IMG/VR virus record: IMGVR_UViG_3300047558_000137
Span: 310,001-374,000 of that record
Reading direction: 5' to 3' (one strand)
DNA: 64,000 nucleotides
The first letter of the stretch is position 1. Each line of letters opens with the position of its first letter. Below, piece after piece: positions 5,489-15,106 of this stretch. The notes under the pieces were generated by a model. That model made no database searches. It saw nothing but the letters and a program-made list of their open reading frames with translations, and had not been told where the DNA came from. The position numbers were made by a program, and so were the translations under genes.

Positions 5489-7082
5489 GCGGGTATAGCA
5501 TTTTATAAAAATCTTTTGATGCAATACCTGTTAAACTTTGTTCTCTATACTTTTCACCCAGTTGATTAAAATACTCGATTGCCAGTGATTCAGTGTCCGA
5601 ATCTAATTCTGTTAATAATCCCTCTGTCGGTATATCATAGTATGTAGCCTGCGATACCCAAACACTCCTAGACCATAGATACTTTTTATTTCTAGCATCA
5701 ACAACATTTCTTCTACTTGTATTATTAATTAAATCATACAACATTTGAATCGAGTTTTGCTGCCTACCAACTTCTCTCATGTTTTCCCAATAAGGAGTAT
5801 CCTTTTTGCAAAGATGAAAGGCAAAACGAATACGTAGTAGTGTATCTGCCATACGCATATTAACATACTCGTTGAAGTCTTCTTTCCATGTGCAGTCTAA
5901 ATTTGTATCTGTTTTTAGATTGTCTACAACAAATTCAATTTTGCCTAGTGCAGTTGAAAAAGCATTAGCATCATACGCATCTACTAATCCATGACTTAGC
6001 CCTATTGTTATACAATTATTAACAAATGCTTTTTCTTGGTATCCAGGCTCCCATGAAATTAATCTAAAGTCTACATCTGTTTTACCAGTTTTTTGGTAAT
6101 ACTCATCCTTTAGTGATTCAACATTGGTTGTATGGCGAGAATTGAATACATATCCCTCGCCACTACGAACATCCATTGCTACACTAAAATGCCAACCTTG
6201 ATCCATTGCACGAATGTATGCATTGCTAGTTCGTTCGTTATCGTCGGTATATTTGTGTGGCCCAACAATGCATCTATCATTGAATGAATCATCTAGATGC
6301 TTAAACTTGTAGGGTAATTTTTTGCACAAAACTCTAGCGAAGCCAGTGCAGTCAAAATATAGATCTGCTGTTGCATGTGAGTCATCGTCTAATAGTAGAT
6401 AATCAATATCGCCATTTTCTTTTAACACAACATCCTTAATTGCAATAGGTAACTCTTTAACACCGGCTGGCTTGCCTACCATATTATGAACCACTGCCCC
6501 AATTCGCATAGCATTAATATGATATCCAAATGTGCCACGTGGATGATTCCATTGCCCGGTTGTTATATTATAAGGTATTCTATCGTTACGCGAATACCAA
6601 TAAGATTGGCTTGAATGTCCTGTATATAAATCCTTAGGAGTTCTATACTCTAATTGATTTAGTAGGCCTTTATTTTTTAAGTACAACCATACATCGAGCA
6701 TATCATATGGTGTTTGCGATTTATAAAAAGATGAATACTTTACTGCATCTATTCCACTCTCTTTAAAATCATTAAGTATTCCCATGTTAGGAACATCAGC
6801 ATGATTTGTGTAGAAAACTGAATTGCTGTTATCCCAGTCCTGAAACCGAGACCCTACTCGAAATATCGATCCCGATTCTTTAATCCATTTAATATCTTTT
6901 TCAAACCCTAGCACCTTGTTCATAAAAGATGATGAGTTCCATTGTAGTGCTTCTCCTACTCCCACCACTGGAGTTTTTGGATCGTATATAAGTGTTACGT
7001 CTAGATCTGGTCTATTACGCTTAATAGCAGATGATACAAAATTGCCGGCTGCGCCAGCGCCAACAACAATTATTTTTTTCAT
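5478..7082 (-). CDS. Tryptophan-halogenase-family flavoprotein (degenerate catalytic motifs)
   Basis: GAGAAG FAD motif, VGVGEA, GYHINA, ADLYFDCTGF, GYVF, IGLSHG. Start moved to MKKIIVVG at 7082, after the tRNA. Confidence 0.85.
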   Translation of the reverse strand: MKKIIVVGAGAAGNFVSSAIKRNRPDLDVTLIYDPKTPVVGVGEALQWNSSSFMNKVLGFEKDIKWIKESGSIFRVGSRFQDWDNSNSVFYTNHADVPNMGILNDFKESGIDAVKYSSFYKSQTPYDMLDVWLYLKNKGLLNQLEYRTPKDLYTGHSSQSYWYSRNDRIPYNITTGQWNHPRGTFGYHINAMRIGAVVHNMVGKPAGVKELPIAIKDVVLKENGDIDYLLLDDDSHATADLYFDCTGFARVLCKKLPYKFKHLDDSFNDRCIVGPHKYTDDNERTSNAYIRAMDQGWHFSVAMDVRSGEGYVFNSRHTTNVESLKDEYYQKTGKTDVDFRLISWEPGYQEKAFVNNCITIGLSHGLVDAYDANAFSTALGKIEFVVDNLKTDTNLDCTWKEDFNEYVNMRMADTLLRIRFAFHLCKKDTPYWENMREVGRQQNSIQMLYDLINNTSRRNVVDARNKKYLWSRSVWVSQATYYDIPTEGLLTELDSDTESLAIEYFNQLGEKYREQSLTGIASKDFYKMLYPLDK

Positions 7083-7090
7083 AGATAAAA

Positions 7091-7167
7091 TGGTGCGCCC
7101 GGAGGGACTTGAACCCGCGACCAATGGATTATGAGTCCACTGCTCTAACCAACTGAGCTACAGGCGC
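7091..7167 (-). tRNA. trnI: tRNA-Ile2(CAU), lysidine type (Met not excluded)
   Basis: Anticodon arm GUGGA-CUCAUAA-UCCAU; C4-G69 and C5-G68 TilS-type determinants; CCA. Confidence 0.85.
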
Positions 7168-7178
7168 AACAAGTCTCT

Positions 7179-7207
7179 ATTATATAGCAGGCATCTTTTA
7201 ATGTCAA
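7179..7207 (-). promoter_or_regulatory. Consensus sigma70 promoter for tRNA-Ile2
   Basis: TTGACA-N17-TATAAT, 11 nt before the tRNA. Confidence 0.88.
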
Positions 7208-7215
7208 CTTGGTAT

Positions 7216-7968
7216 TTACCGACGCTCGATATCCTCTTCAATACAATCTGTGCCGTACTGTATTTCTACAATTTTGCAAGGTGTATTAAACGGGTTAACT
7301 AAACGATGCCATCCGCCACGTGGGATGTGTATACTCATATGTTCGCTTAGTTCCTGTACTGGCATGAAATATCCATTATCCATTTGCTGTTCGACAATGC
7401 ATTGTCCTTCGCTAACGTGCCAGTATTCAGAACGTTTCCAGTGTCGTTGCATACTTAAACTCTGCCCGGGATTTACTGTTAACTCTTTTACTTTAGTACC
7501 AGCAACTTCGTGTAGTACACGATAGTACCCCCATGCACGTTCAGTCTTAGGCGCTTTCCATTCTTCTAGGATCCAACTGCTACTGTTAGCTTTATTCTCT
7601 CCGCCAACACCAAATTTAAAGACTACATCTTTCTCAGTCATTTCTGGAATATTATCTATTGTTCGGTCACCGCCGTTAGCAAAGATAATTTCATCGTTTG
7701 GATATAATTGTTTGACTAAACGAATAGCATTAGTAGAGCTACCATCATCGTCATTATATGCAATTACATCATCCACCATTGATAAATTTTCAATAATAAC
7801 AGAACGCTCAAACCATGGCATAAAAGCTCGCCCCTTTTTGCGCTCAAGCCAGTCATCGCTGTTAACTCCGACTACAAGACGATCGCCTAACTCTCTGGCG
7901 GCTTTAAAATAGGCAATATGCCCGCTGTGGATAGGATCAAATCCGCCTGTTACTAATACTATTTTCAT
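7216..7968 (-). CDS. Cytidylyltransferase-like (RfaE/HldE domain II) fused to a mannose-6-phosphate-isomerase type II cupin
   Basis: TGGFDPIHSGH, VVGVNSD, ANGGDR; C-terminal RAWGYY...PGQSLSMQRHWKRSEYW...WHRL...EIQYG...EEDIER. Confidence 0.9.
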   Translation of the reverse strand: MKIVLVTGGFDPIHSGHIAYFKAARELGDRLVVGVNSDDWLERKKGRAFMPWFERSVIIENLSMVDDVIAYNDDDGSSTNAIRLVKQLYPNDEIIFANGGDRTIDNIPEMTEKDVVFKFGVGGENKANSSSWILEEWKAPKTERAWGYYRVLHEVAGTKVKELTVNPGQSLSMQRHWKRSEYWHVSEGQCIVEQQMDNGYFMPVQELSEHMSIHIPRGGWHRLVNPFNTPCKIVEIQYGTDCIEEDIERR

Positions 7969-8723
7969 TAATTTGTAATCTTATAAAATTGTTTGTCTAG
8001 CCAACATACAACTAGATCATCTAAACGTGCGTATCCATATTTGTTTACACTGTTTACTAGACTATCATTGATTAAACCAGCATCGGCCAGGTCATACCAA
8101 CTAGTATCAGGACTTAATGGTTCCATGTCCATTGCATAAACTGCTGCATATAACCAAGGACTGTTGTCTTTACGATAGAAGTACGCATCATTGCAATCAA
8201 ATCCATTGATAGCCAACATGTAAATTAAGTTTAAGATATTATACCCAAACCGTTGCTTGTGATGACTTTCAATAACAATACGACCATTATATGCATAGGT
8301 CATTTGTGGAACTGCCAACATTAGCATTCCGTTAACATTTAAAGTCTGTTTCCATGCCTTTAAACATTCATAGGGATCTGTGGCTAACTGTAGACTGTTG
8401 TGGCTCCAAATTAAATCAACCTTAACCGGAAGGGTCCCGTATCGTTCAAAATTTCCCTCAACTGGGATTATATTTGGGTTATCTTTTAGTACGTCTGGAT
8501 CTAGTCTACTAATGTCTTGGTCAACTGCATATACTCGATAGTTCCTTGGCTCAGGTGGATCATCACGAGTATGTAGTGTTGCCCACCACGCAGTATCTAA
8601 CCCGGCGCCACATCCCATATCGGCTATCGTAGTTAAGCTATCTAAAAAACTGTCATAGCCATAGATTAAATTTAGAACTTCTAAACTATGTTCATGACTA
8701 TCGTATGAATTTTTAAACACCAT
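7968..8723 (-). CDS. Class I SAM-dependent methyltransferase
   Basis: IADMGCGAG motif I, VDLIWSH, LNVNGML. Confidence 0.75.
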   Translation of the reverse strand: MVFKNSYDSHEHSLEVLNLIYGYDSFLDSLTTIADMGCGAGLDTAWWATLHTRDDPPEPRNYRVYAVDQDISRLDPDVLKDNPNIIPVEGNFERYGTLPVKVDLIWSHNSLQLATDPYECLKAWKQTLNVNGMLMLAVPQMTYAYNGRIVIESHHKQRFGYNILNLIYMLAINGFDCNDAYFYRKDNSPWLYAAVYAMDMEPLSPDTSWYDLADAGLINDSLVNSVNKYGYARLDDLVVCWLDKQFYKITN

Positions 8724-8961
8724 GTCGTAATACTTCTATAACTATGTTTTCTTTTAACTTTTTAAGTCTGGGCTCAAGTTGATAGTATGCTTCTGTTACT
8801 TCTGCATCTGACCCCCAGGCAATAAGATTGTTTAACTGCCCGGCCCATTTTTCGCAAGTATCTTTTTCTATCTGAAGTCCAATGGCATTATGTTTAGGTT
8901 TAGACCTAACGCAACGATAAAAATCGTCTACTAATTCTGCCGCTTGCTCTCTAGTGATCAT
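8713..8961 (-). CDS. Hypothetical protein
   Basis: 82 aa ORF, ATGA-coupled to uvsY. Confidence 0.65.
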   Translation of the reverse strand: MITREQAAELVDDFYRCVRSKPKHNAIGLQIEKDTCEKWAGQLNNLIAWGSDAEVTEAYYQLEPRLKKLKENIVIEVLRHGV

Positions 8962-9413
8962 GATACGGAAATGTCTTCCATTCCTGCTGTTCTTAGGCGA
9001 ACAACGTGTCCTAACATAAAGTTTTTACTTTCAAGACCTTTCATTACCCCAAGCCATTTATTCCTTAGTAGAGCAACTTCGTTAATAATTGTTTCAAAGT
9101 CAACTACTTCATCTTCGGCTTCGGCATATTTTTCTGCATCCCTGCTAGTAAGAGCACGGGCATAGCCTTCGAGATACTTTTTGTAATGTTTTTGCCTAAT
9201 CTTGCGTAACTGTATATTAAGGTAATTAAGCACCGCTTCAATCTCTTGTAATTGATTAAAACGGTGCTCAGTTATGCCTGGAAGATCGCTAAGTCCTTTC
9301 TCTACTTTACCACGAATAGATATTTCATACTTGGCCGTGGCCAACTCTTTATCGTAATAATCAATAAAGTTTGGTATGTGACTTAGATCCGATACTACCT
9401 TATTATACCACAT
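8958..9413 (-). CDS. uvsY: Recombination mediator UvsY
   Basis: Helical 151 aa protein downstream of uvsX, ending GLESKNFMLGHVVRLRTAG. Confidence 0.8.
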   Translation of the reverse strand: MWYNKVVSDLSHIPNFIDYYDKELATAKYEISIRGKVEKGLSDLPGITEHRFNQLQEIEAVLNYLNIQLRKIRQKHYKKYLEGYARALTSRDAEKYAEAEDEVVDFETIINEVALLRNKWLGVMKGLESKNFMLGHVVRLRTAGMEDISVS

Positions 9414-9415
9414 CG

Positions 9416-9649
9416 TTAATCTTCATATCCGGAATCATCGTCGTAATCTTCTTCGTAGTCGCTAGCATACTCTTTGTATGCTTTACTAAGAGCAGAATCT
9501 GTCCCCGAAAATTCTTTTAATTCAAGATCATTGAGCATGTCAACTAACATGCCCATAATATTATCCGCAGCTTCTTGCCGATCTTTCTGCGGAATATATT
9601 GTTTTAGAGTAGTATATACTTCACTTAATACATCTACTTCAATACTCAT
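9416..9649 (-). CDS. Hypothetical protein with acidic C-terminus
   Basis: 77 aa ORF between uvsX and uvsY, ATGA-coupled. Confidence 0.7.
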   Translation of the reverse strand: MSIEVDVLSEVYTTLKQYIPQKDRQEAADNIMGMLVDMLNDLELKEFSGTDSALSKAYKEYASDYEEDYDDDSGYED

Positions 9650-10725
9650 TCTGTTGCTTCCTCTTCAACTGGTTGTTCAATAGTCGGCGCATCTAACAAA
9701 TGTGGATTAGCCATAATGTCTGCCATTACTTTGTCAAGGCTACCGTTGTCATTACGTTCCCATGCTTTACGGAATTGTTTGATGATTTCACCATCTTTAG
9801 TAGTGTAAACAAGACTGTTACCTTCTTTCTTCAACATGCCTTTGCCTTCAATTAAGTCAGTTAACCCTGAGTAAGGGTTCATGCCTGTTTCATAAGGAAT
9901 CTTAACTTGAACACTTTCAAAAGGTTTAGCATAACGTGTTTTCATGATTTTACATGCGGCACGGATACCTTTAACTTCTGAAATCTTGTTACCGTCTTCA
10001 TCTTCTTTAAGTTTTAACTTACGCATAGCAACAACAATACTTGATGCATAGATAAAGCCTTGACCACCAGAGATCTTATCATCTGGATCAAACATATCTT
10101 GACTAGCGTATGTATGATTAGTTGCAACCAATCCAATATTTAAGTCACCAAACATATTTACACAGTTACGAACAAGTGCTGTAAGTGCTTTAGGCTTACG
10201 GCCCATGTCGCCTTTGAGATCACCTGCTTGGAACTGATTAACGTCTGTGGGAGTCAACAACATGCCTAATGAGTCAAGTACAAACAAGACCTTTGGGCGT
10301 TGATCTTCGGGTAGTGTTTTATATTCTGATACAAACTCACTGATCATTTTAGCCACATCGTCGATCATGGCCATGTTGAGTTTAAGTAGTTTGTCCTCAG
10401 ACGTATCAACTCCGAGGGCATGTAACCACGCTTCATCAAGAGCATTTTCAGTATCGATAAGAATGACATAAATGCCTTGTTCTTGTGCATTTTTAACCAA
10501 GTTGCCCGAACAGATAAAGGATTTACCCGCACCAGATTCTCCAGCAAACACTGTAACCTTACCCATTGGTATACCACGGTTAAAGTCCCCACTAATAAGA
10601 TAGTTAAGAGCGTAGTTGTTTGTTGAGATCCAGTCTGTTGGATCGTTGAAGCCGATGGAGATTCCATCAATGCTTTTAGTAATGCTTTTACGAAATTTGC
10701 TTACGTCGAATGGTTTAGTTGCCAT
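9646..10725 (-). CDS. uvsX: UvsX/RecA-like recombinase
   Basis: Walker A GESGAGKS, IDTENALD, VLDSLG, NHTY, SGGQG. Confidence 0.95.
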   Translation of the reverse strand: MATKPFDVSKFRKSITKSIDGISIGFNDPTDWISTNNYALNYLISGDFNRGIPMGKVTVFAGESGAGKSFICSGNLVKNAQEQGIYVILIDTENALDEAWLHALGVDTSEDKLLKLNMAMIDDVAKMISEFVSEYKTLPEDQRPKVLFVLDSLGMLLTPTDVNQFQAGDLKGDMGRKPKALTALVRNCVNMFGDLNIGLVATNHTYASQDMFDPDDKISGGQGFIYASSIVVAMRKLKLKEDEDGNKISEVKGIRAACKIMKTRYAKPFESVQVKIPYETGMNPYSGLTDLIEGKGMLKKEGNSLVYTTKDGEIIKQFRKAWERNDNGSLDKVMADIMANPHLLDAPTIEQPVEEEATE

Positions 10726-10749
10726 AAAATTATATTCCTTGAAATAGAA

Positions 10750-10812
10750 AAGCCAAGTACGTGATCTGACGCAGTTTATCTTTCTGCCGATCTATATCTT
10801 CGTACTTGGCTT
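10750..10812 (-). promoter_or_regulatory. Long intergenic stem-loop between gp32 and uvsX (terminator or processing site)
   Basis: Perfect 12-bp stem AAGCCAAGUACG/CGUACUUGGCUU followed by UUCUAUUU. Confidence 0.55.
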
Positions 10813-10822
10813 AGGGGCCGTA

Positions 10823-11818
10823 TTATTGCTTACGGCTACGGATCATCGCTAGGATGTCTTCAGCACGTTGGCTGCTAGGTTTAGCAACTGGTGCTTCTGC
10901 TGCTTCTGCGGCATCATCTTCCCATGGAGCAGATTCTGCTACTGGAGCAGGTGCCGGTGTTGCTGGACGAGCTTGTGCTACTGGTGTAGGTGCTTGTGCA
11001 GGTGTTTCACCATCTGTGCCTGTACCTACATTCAAGCCAGCTGGCTTGTAGTAGTTGGCCCAACGATCTGGGTCATATGGTTGGCCATCGACAGATGCTT
11101 CAAACATCTCTTTGATAACTTTCAACTCAACATCACCTGGCTTCTTAGGTAAGAAGTCTGCCAAGTTATGAAGACCATATTGCTCAATTGCTGCCGCTTC
11201 ATCTGCTGTTAGTGCAGACTCTTTACGTGCCCAGCTACTTGTGCTGTAGTCAGCATAGCCGCCTTTGCTTGTTTTCTTGATGCTGAAATCAAGACCAGAC
11301 TGATAGTCAGTAGGCATACTGTCCATGTCAGGATCCATCAATGCATTCTTGATCAAGTTAAAGATTTGTGGGCTGATCACAAATCGACGGATTGGATTTT
11401 CTGGTGTCTTGTCGTCACCAACTGGGTTATCGCGAACAAAGCCTTGGAACAAGTAGCTTTTCTTTTTCCAATATTTGCGACCCATATCTTCGAGGTTAGG
11501 GTCCTTAAACCATGTGCGTACTTCTGCAAGTACCGGACATGCCTCGCCCCACATCTCAACGCACGGTACTTGTACCATAACAGGCTTGCTGTCTGCTTGA
11601 CCTTTGATGCCAGCAAAAGGCAACTTGATCATAAGTCTTTCGACCCAGAAAAAGTCATTCTTTGTATTTGCATCAGGAAGGAATCTTACGCGAGCTGTTG
11701 TGTTTTCTGGAATGTTCCAGTGTGCGTAAATGGCGTTGTCGCCTTGTGGTCTGTTACCGCCACTGCGGTTCTCTTGTGCTTGTAGTTTAGCGCGAATTTC
11801 TGCCAATGTCATAGCCAT
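10823..11818 (-). CDS. gp32: Single-stranded DNA-binding protein gp32
   Basis: VRFLP, CPVL, GYADYSTSSW, Pro/Ala linker; adjacent to uvsX; AAGGAG SD. Confidence 0.9.
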   Translation of the reverse strand: MAMTLAEIRAKLQAQENRSGGNRPQGDNAIYAHWNIPENTTARVRFLPDANTKNDFFWVERLMIKLPFAGIKGQADSKPVMVQVPCVEMWGEACPVLAEVRTWFKDPNLEDMGRKYWKKKSYLFQGFVRDNPVGDDKTPENPIRRFVISPQIFNLIKNALMDPDMDSMPTDYQSGLDFSIKKTSKGGYADYSTSSWARKESALTADEAAAIEQYGLHNLADFLPKKPGDVELKVIKEMFEASVDGQPYDPDRWANYYKPAGLNVGTGTDGETPAQAPTPVAQARPATPAPAPVAESAPWEDDAAEAAEAPVAKPSSQRAEDILAMIRSRKQ

Positions 11819-11838
11819 AATGTTTCTCCTTAATAAAA

Positions 11839-11871
11839 TGTGCCATAATAAATGTGTTTAGCACACAACAT
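11839..11871 (-). promoter_or_regulatory. H-type pseudoknot in the gp32 leader (putative autoregulatory operator)
   Basis: Stem AUGU(U)GU/ACACAU; loop GUGCUA pairs with downstream UGGCAC; AU-rich run before the SD. Confidence 0.5.
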
Positions 11872-11916
11872 GTATTGTGCGCTTTTGTATTTACCTTTGT
11901 CAAAGGTTTTTTAGAA

Positions 11917-13473
11917 TTATTTTGCCAAACCTGCTAAACGACGAATAAATGATAATGAATCATTTTCGTTTACAACTGGTTCATCCATCGTAGTATTACC
12001 AGTTTGGTTTGCGTTGTTAGGTGGTTCCGGACTTACTTGTGCAGTAAAGTTATTTTGATCTTGTGCATAGCTTGGTTCAGGCATAACAATGTCTGCTAAC
12101 AACTCTGGTTGGTTTTGTTCAATCCAAGTTTTTACAATACCACGCACATCAGCATCAGGGCCTTGGCCGCGGTCACTTGCGTAGTTCTGCACTAGCCGTT
12201 GTAATGAATCTTGATTTGGTATTAGCTTTTCTAAAGTAGATGTAGCGTCGATGCCATTGATGCCACCAGGTTGTGCCTGTGCAAAGAAATCACTTAGTGA
12301 TGCCGGTGCTTGTTCCATGTCTTCCAACATAGTCGATGCCCATTCATCTAACTCATAACTTAATTTACTTGCCGCTTCATTTTGTTGTTGCTTGTATGCT
12401 CTATATACATAAGGCAATGCTTCGTCAAAACGGCTATCGTATACTTTCTTAACCCAACGTTCTTTTAATGCTTCTACATCAACATCTTCTTCGATGTCGT
12501 TTGCTGCCACAAAGTTTTCTTTGTAGTCTTTAAAGTAACGTTCACTACGCAAATGACCAAGTGTTTTCTTTAGTTTCTCGTAGTGAGTAACTGCGGCACG
12601 GGTCATGTCGTTTGTTTCTTGGTCTTCAAACTCACGTAGTTTTTGGCTACGAACAAAGTGCTTCATTGCTGCCATCTCATGTACCATATTGTTGATATGG
12701 TTAGAGAAGTCATCATATAACGACCCGCCTTGTGTTAAATGTTCCGCAAGTGCATAGGCACCATTTAAATTTGTATGCTGTAATAGGAAACGTTCGCCAA
12801 GTTCAGTTTCTAAAAAGATGCTTTCAATTTGACGACTACGTGCGCCGCGAATTTCTTCATCTACTTTGTTCTTGTGACGAACTAGAATCTTGCATTTGCC
12901 TTTGTCGGCAAAACTGTTATAAGGGCGGCCTGGTGTGCCATATAACTTGCTTTCAGTAACAGGTGCTTCAGCTGAACTGAATGTATCATCTGTTTTGGCC
13001 TGTTGCTTAATATCTCTTATGTCTAGGTTACTCTTAGTAATATCACGTGTGTCAAAGCTCAATAGATTGCGCTTGGCAAACTGACGTAGATTACGCAGGA
13101 ACTCGTACCAATTTTTACGTTGGTCTTCGTCCATGTCTCTAGTAATGTTTTGTGCAAAATAAATCTTTACACTTGTTTCGTCAATCAAACTGATAGTAAT
13201 TTTACCAAATCCTGTTTCAGCAGCAGGTTTAACTTTTGCATCTGGCATCTTGTTTAGTAACGAATCAAGTTTGCTATCAATGCTACCAAACTCACCTGCT
13301 AGATCTTCGTCGAGTCCATCAACTTTGTTATCCACATAGGTAAAGTTAAAAAAACGTGCTTTTTCTGGATCACTAGTGGCGTTGGCTTTTTCGTCGCCAA
13401 GTACTATGTTAGGGAAACGGCTACGTATTTTATCAAAAAGGGCTGCTGCTACTGATTCAATTTCTTTAGACAT
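11917..13473 (-). CDS. Conserved hypothetical protein, probable prohead/internal virion protein
   Basis: 518 aa, late TAAATA promoter, C-terminus FIRRLAGLAK resembles the gp22 C-terminus. Confidence 0.6.
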   Translation of the reverse strand: MSKEIESVAAALFDKIRSRFPNIVLGDEKANATSDPEKARFFNFTYVDNKVDGLDEDLAGEFGSIDSKLDSLLNKMPDAKVKPAAETGFGKITISLIDETSVKIYFAQNITRDMDEDQRKNWYEFLRNLRQFAKRNLLSFDTRDITKSNLDIRDIKQQAKTDDTFSSAEAPVTESKLYGTPGRPYNSFADKGKCKILVRHKNKVDEEIRGARSRQIESIFLETELGERFLLQHTNLNGAYALAEHLTQGGSLYDDFSNHINNMVHEMAAMKHFVRSQKLREFEDQETNDMTRAAVTHYEKLKKTLGHLRSERYFKDYKENFVAANDIEEDVDVEALKERWVKKVYDSRFDEALPYVYRAYKQQQNEAASKLSYELDEWASTMLEDMEQAPASLSDFFAQAQPGGINGIDATSTLEKLIPNQDSLQRLVQNYASDRGQGPDADVRGIVKTWIEQNQPELLADIVMPEPSYAQDQNNFTAQVSPEPPNNANQTGNTTMDEPVVNENDSLSFIRRLAGLAK

Positions 13474-13486
13474 AATACTATTTAGC

Positions 13487-15046
13487 TCAAATCATTATGA
13501 ACGGCATGGGTTCAATAAAGGTATCTGCACTGTCCCGTAGTTCTTCATCCATTCCAGAATCATAACTTTGTAACATCTGAATCATGCGTATTGCCAGTAA
13601 TGTAGACATAACTAAGTCATCGTGTTCGCCTATTTTGGCTGCATAACTAGTGCCCGCAGCCACAAACGTTTTAAGTTCTGAAATTAATAGCTTACTTGCA
13701 ATAGCAATACGTTTGGTTTCTACTAGACTCTTTAACTTAGCACAGGCTGCTAATTTGGTTTTGTTTGTTGTAGTAAAACCTCTGCGCTGACGGCCTACCC
13801 CCATACGCTTTGGTTCTGTTAAGAATGTTCCTGGAATTGTTTCTTCGCCCAGTTCATTGATAGCAACTAATGCTGCTTCCCCAAGGGTGTTGTTTTCAAC
13901 ACTGTAATAAACGTTTGTTGGTCCTGCAATGTCTGCTAGGTATTGGCAAATTTCTTTCATAATAACAACTTGCCGTTGCACCAGAGTTTTATTATGGCTC
14001 CATTCAGCAACTTGTTTTAAGCCAGGTAATTCGAATACCTGTATAGCAGCCGGATCCGACCCAGTACCTAAACTTGGGTCGAGTGCAACTACGTAAGTAC
14101 AATCCTTACTTGGTTTTTTGTACCAACGAATCTGCCCTTGTTTTTCAATTGGGTCTATGCCAGCCATTTCAACTAGGTGCAAGGGATTAATTAGTGTTTC
14201 ATCAAAGATAATGAATTCACATTCCATTTCACGACGGAAACGTTCGTCCCCTAGTTGGGCCCGCATTTCGTCTGCCCATTTTTCATCACGATCCGGATGC
14301 TCGCGCCAATCACTGCGGAACGCTTTAAATCCATTTTTGCCCAATGGGGTTTCGTTACCATATTCATCAAATGTATTGTTGGCGCCGCGCCAAATTAAAG
14401 CAAATTGATCTTCGTCACTATTCGGAGTACTTGTAATAATACACTTACCACCAGTTGCTAGTGTAGGAGTAATAGCTGTCCAGAATTCGCTGGCAATGTT
14501 TGGTCTAACGAACGCAAACTCGTCACAGTATAGGAGAGAAATAGACATACCCCGTCCTGTGTTTTCTGTTGTAGTTTGGCTTACAATACGGCTACCGTTT
14601 TCAAAGTCCAGTGATCCTTTGTTGTAACTTGTAACACCAGCACGTATAAAGTCCGGGCAGTTCTCGTATGCGTAACGCACCCGTTGCATAATTTCTTGGG
14701 CGCCAATATACTTGTGCGCCGCAACCAAAATAGTCGAGTCTGGAACAAACATAGCATACCAAAGTAAGTAGCCTGCGGCACTTGTCGATTTACCAGTTTG
14801 TCGAGGCATTAGACTGATACTGTACCTATATCCATGATAGCTATCAATTAGTCGTTCTTGGTACTCAAACGGGACATATTGAATACTACCCTTAGTTGGG
14901 TGCTGTATGTAAAAGTAGTTACTCATAAAGTAACGTGGCCCAGTTACTGGATCTGCACACTTAGCAATTTCAATAATCTGCTGTTCAGTGTAAGACATCT
15001 TTTGATAAGGTGTCTTAATAATTGCAGTTTCTAACGGTTTACTCAT
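13487..15046 (-). CDS. gp17: Terminase large subunit gp17
   Basis: PRQTGKST Walker A, LYCDEFAF Walker B, ITSTPN, VALDPS, HDDLVM. Confidence 0.96.
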   Translation of the reverse strand: MSKPLETAIIKTPYQKMSYTEQQIIEIAKCADPVTGPRYFMSNYFYIQHPTKGSIQYVPFEYQERLIDSYHGYRYSISLMPRQTGKSTSAAGYLLWYAMFVPDSTILVAAHKYIGAQEIMQRVRYAYENCPDFIRAGVTSYNKGSLDFENGSRIVSQTTTENTGRGMSISLLYCDEFAFVRPNIASEFWTAITPTLATGGKCIITSTPNSDEDQFALIWRGANNTFDEYGNETPLGKNGFKAFRSDWREHPDRDEKWADEMRAQLGDERFRREMECEFIIFDETLINPLHLVEMAGIDPIEKQGQIRWYKKPSKDCTYVVALDPSLGTGSDPAAIQVFELPGLKQVAEWSHNKTLVQRQVVIMKEICQYLADIAGPTNVYYSVENNTLGEAALVAINELGEETIPGTFLTEPKRMGVGRQRRGFTTTNKTKLAACAKLKSLVETKRIAIASKLLISELKTFVAAGTSYAAKIGEHDDLVMSTLLAIRMIQMLQSYDSGMDEELRDSADTFIEPMPFIMI

Positions 15047-15106
15047 AAGTATTTTTCATATATAATATAAGTATATTTAACTGTTATCAGTCAAAAAGAA
15101 ATCAAA

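Noticed and set aside
5366-5524. N-terminal extension of the 422-aa ORF
   Set aside because: It runs through tRNA-Leu(UAG) and its promoter; the ATG at 5365 is preferred.
7083-7124. N-terminal extension of the halogenase ORF
   Set aside because: It lies inside tRNA-Ile2; the Rossmann motif begins at MKKIIVVG (7082).
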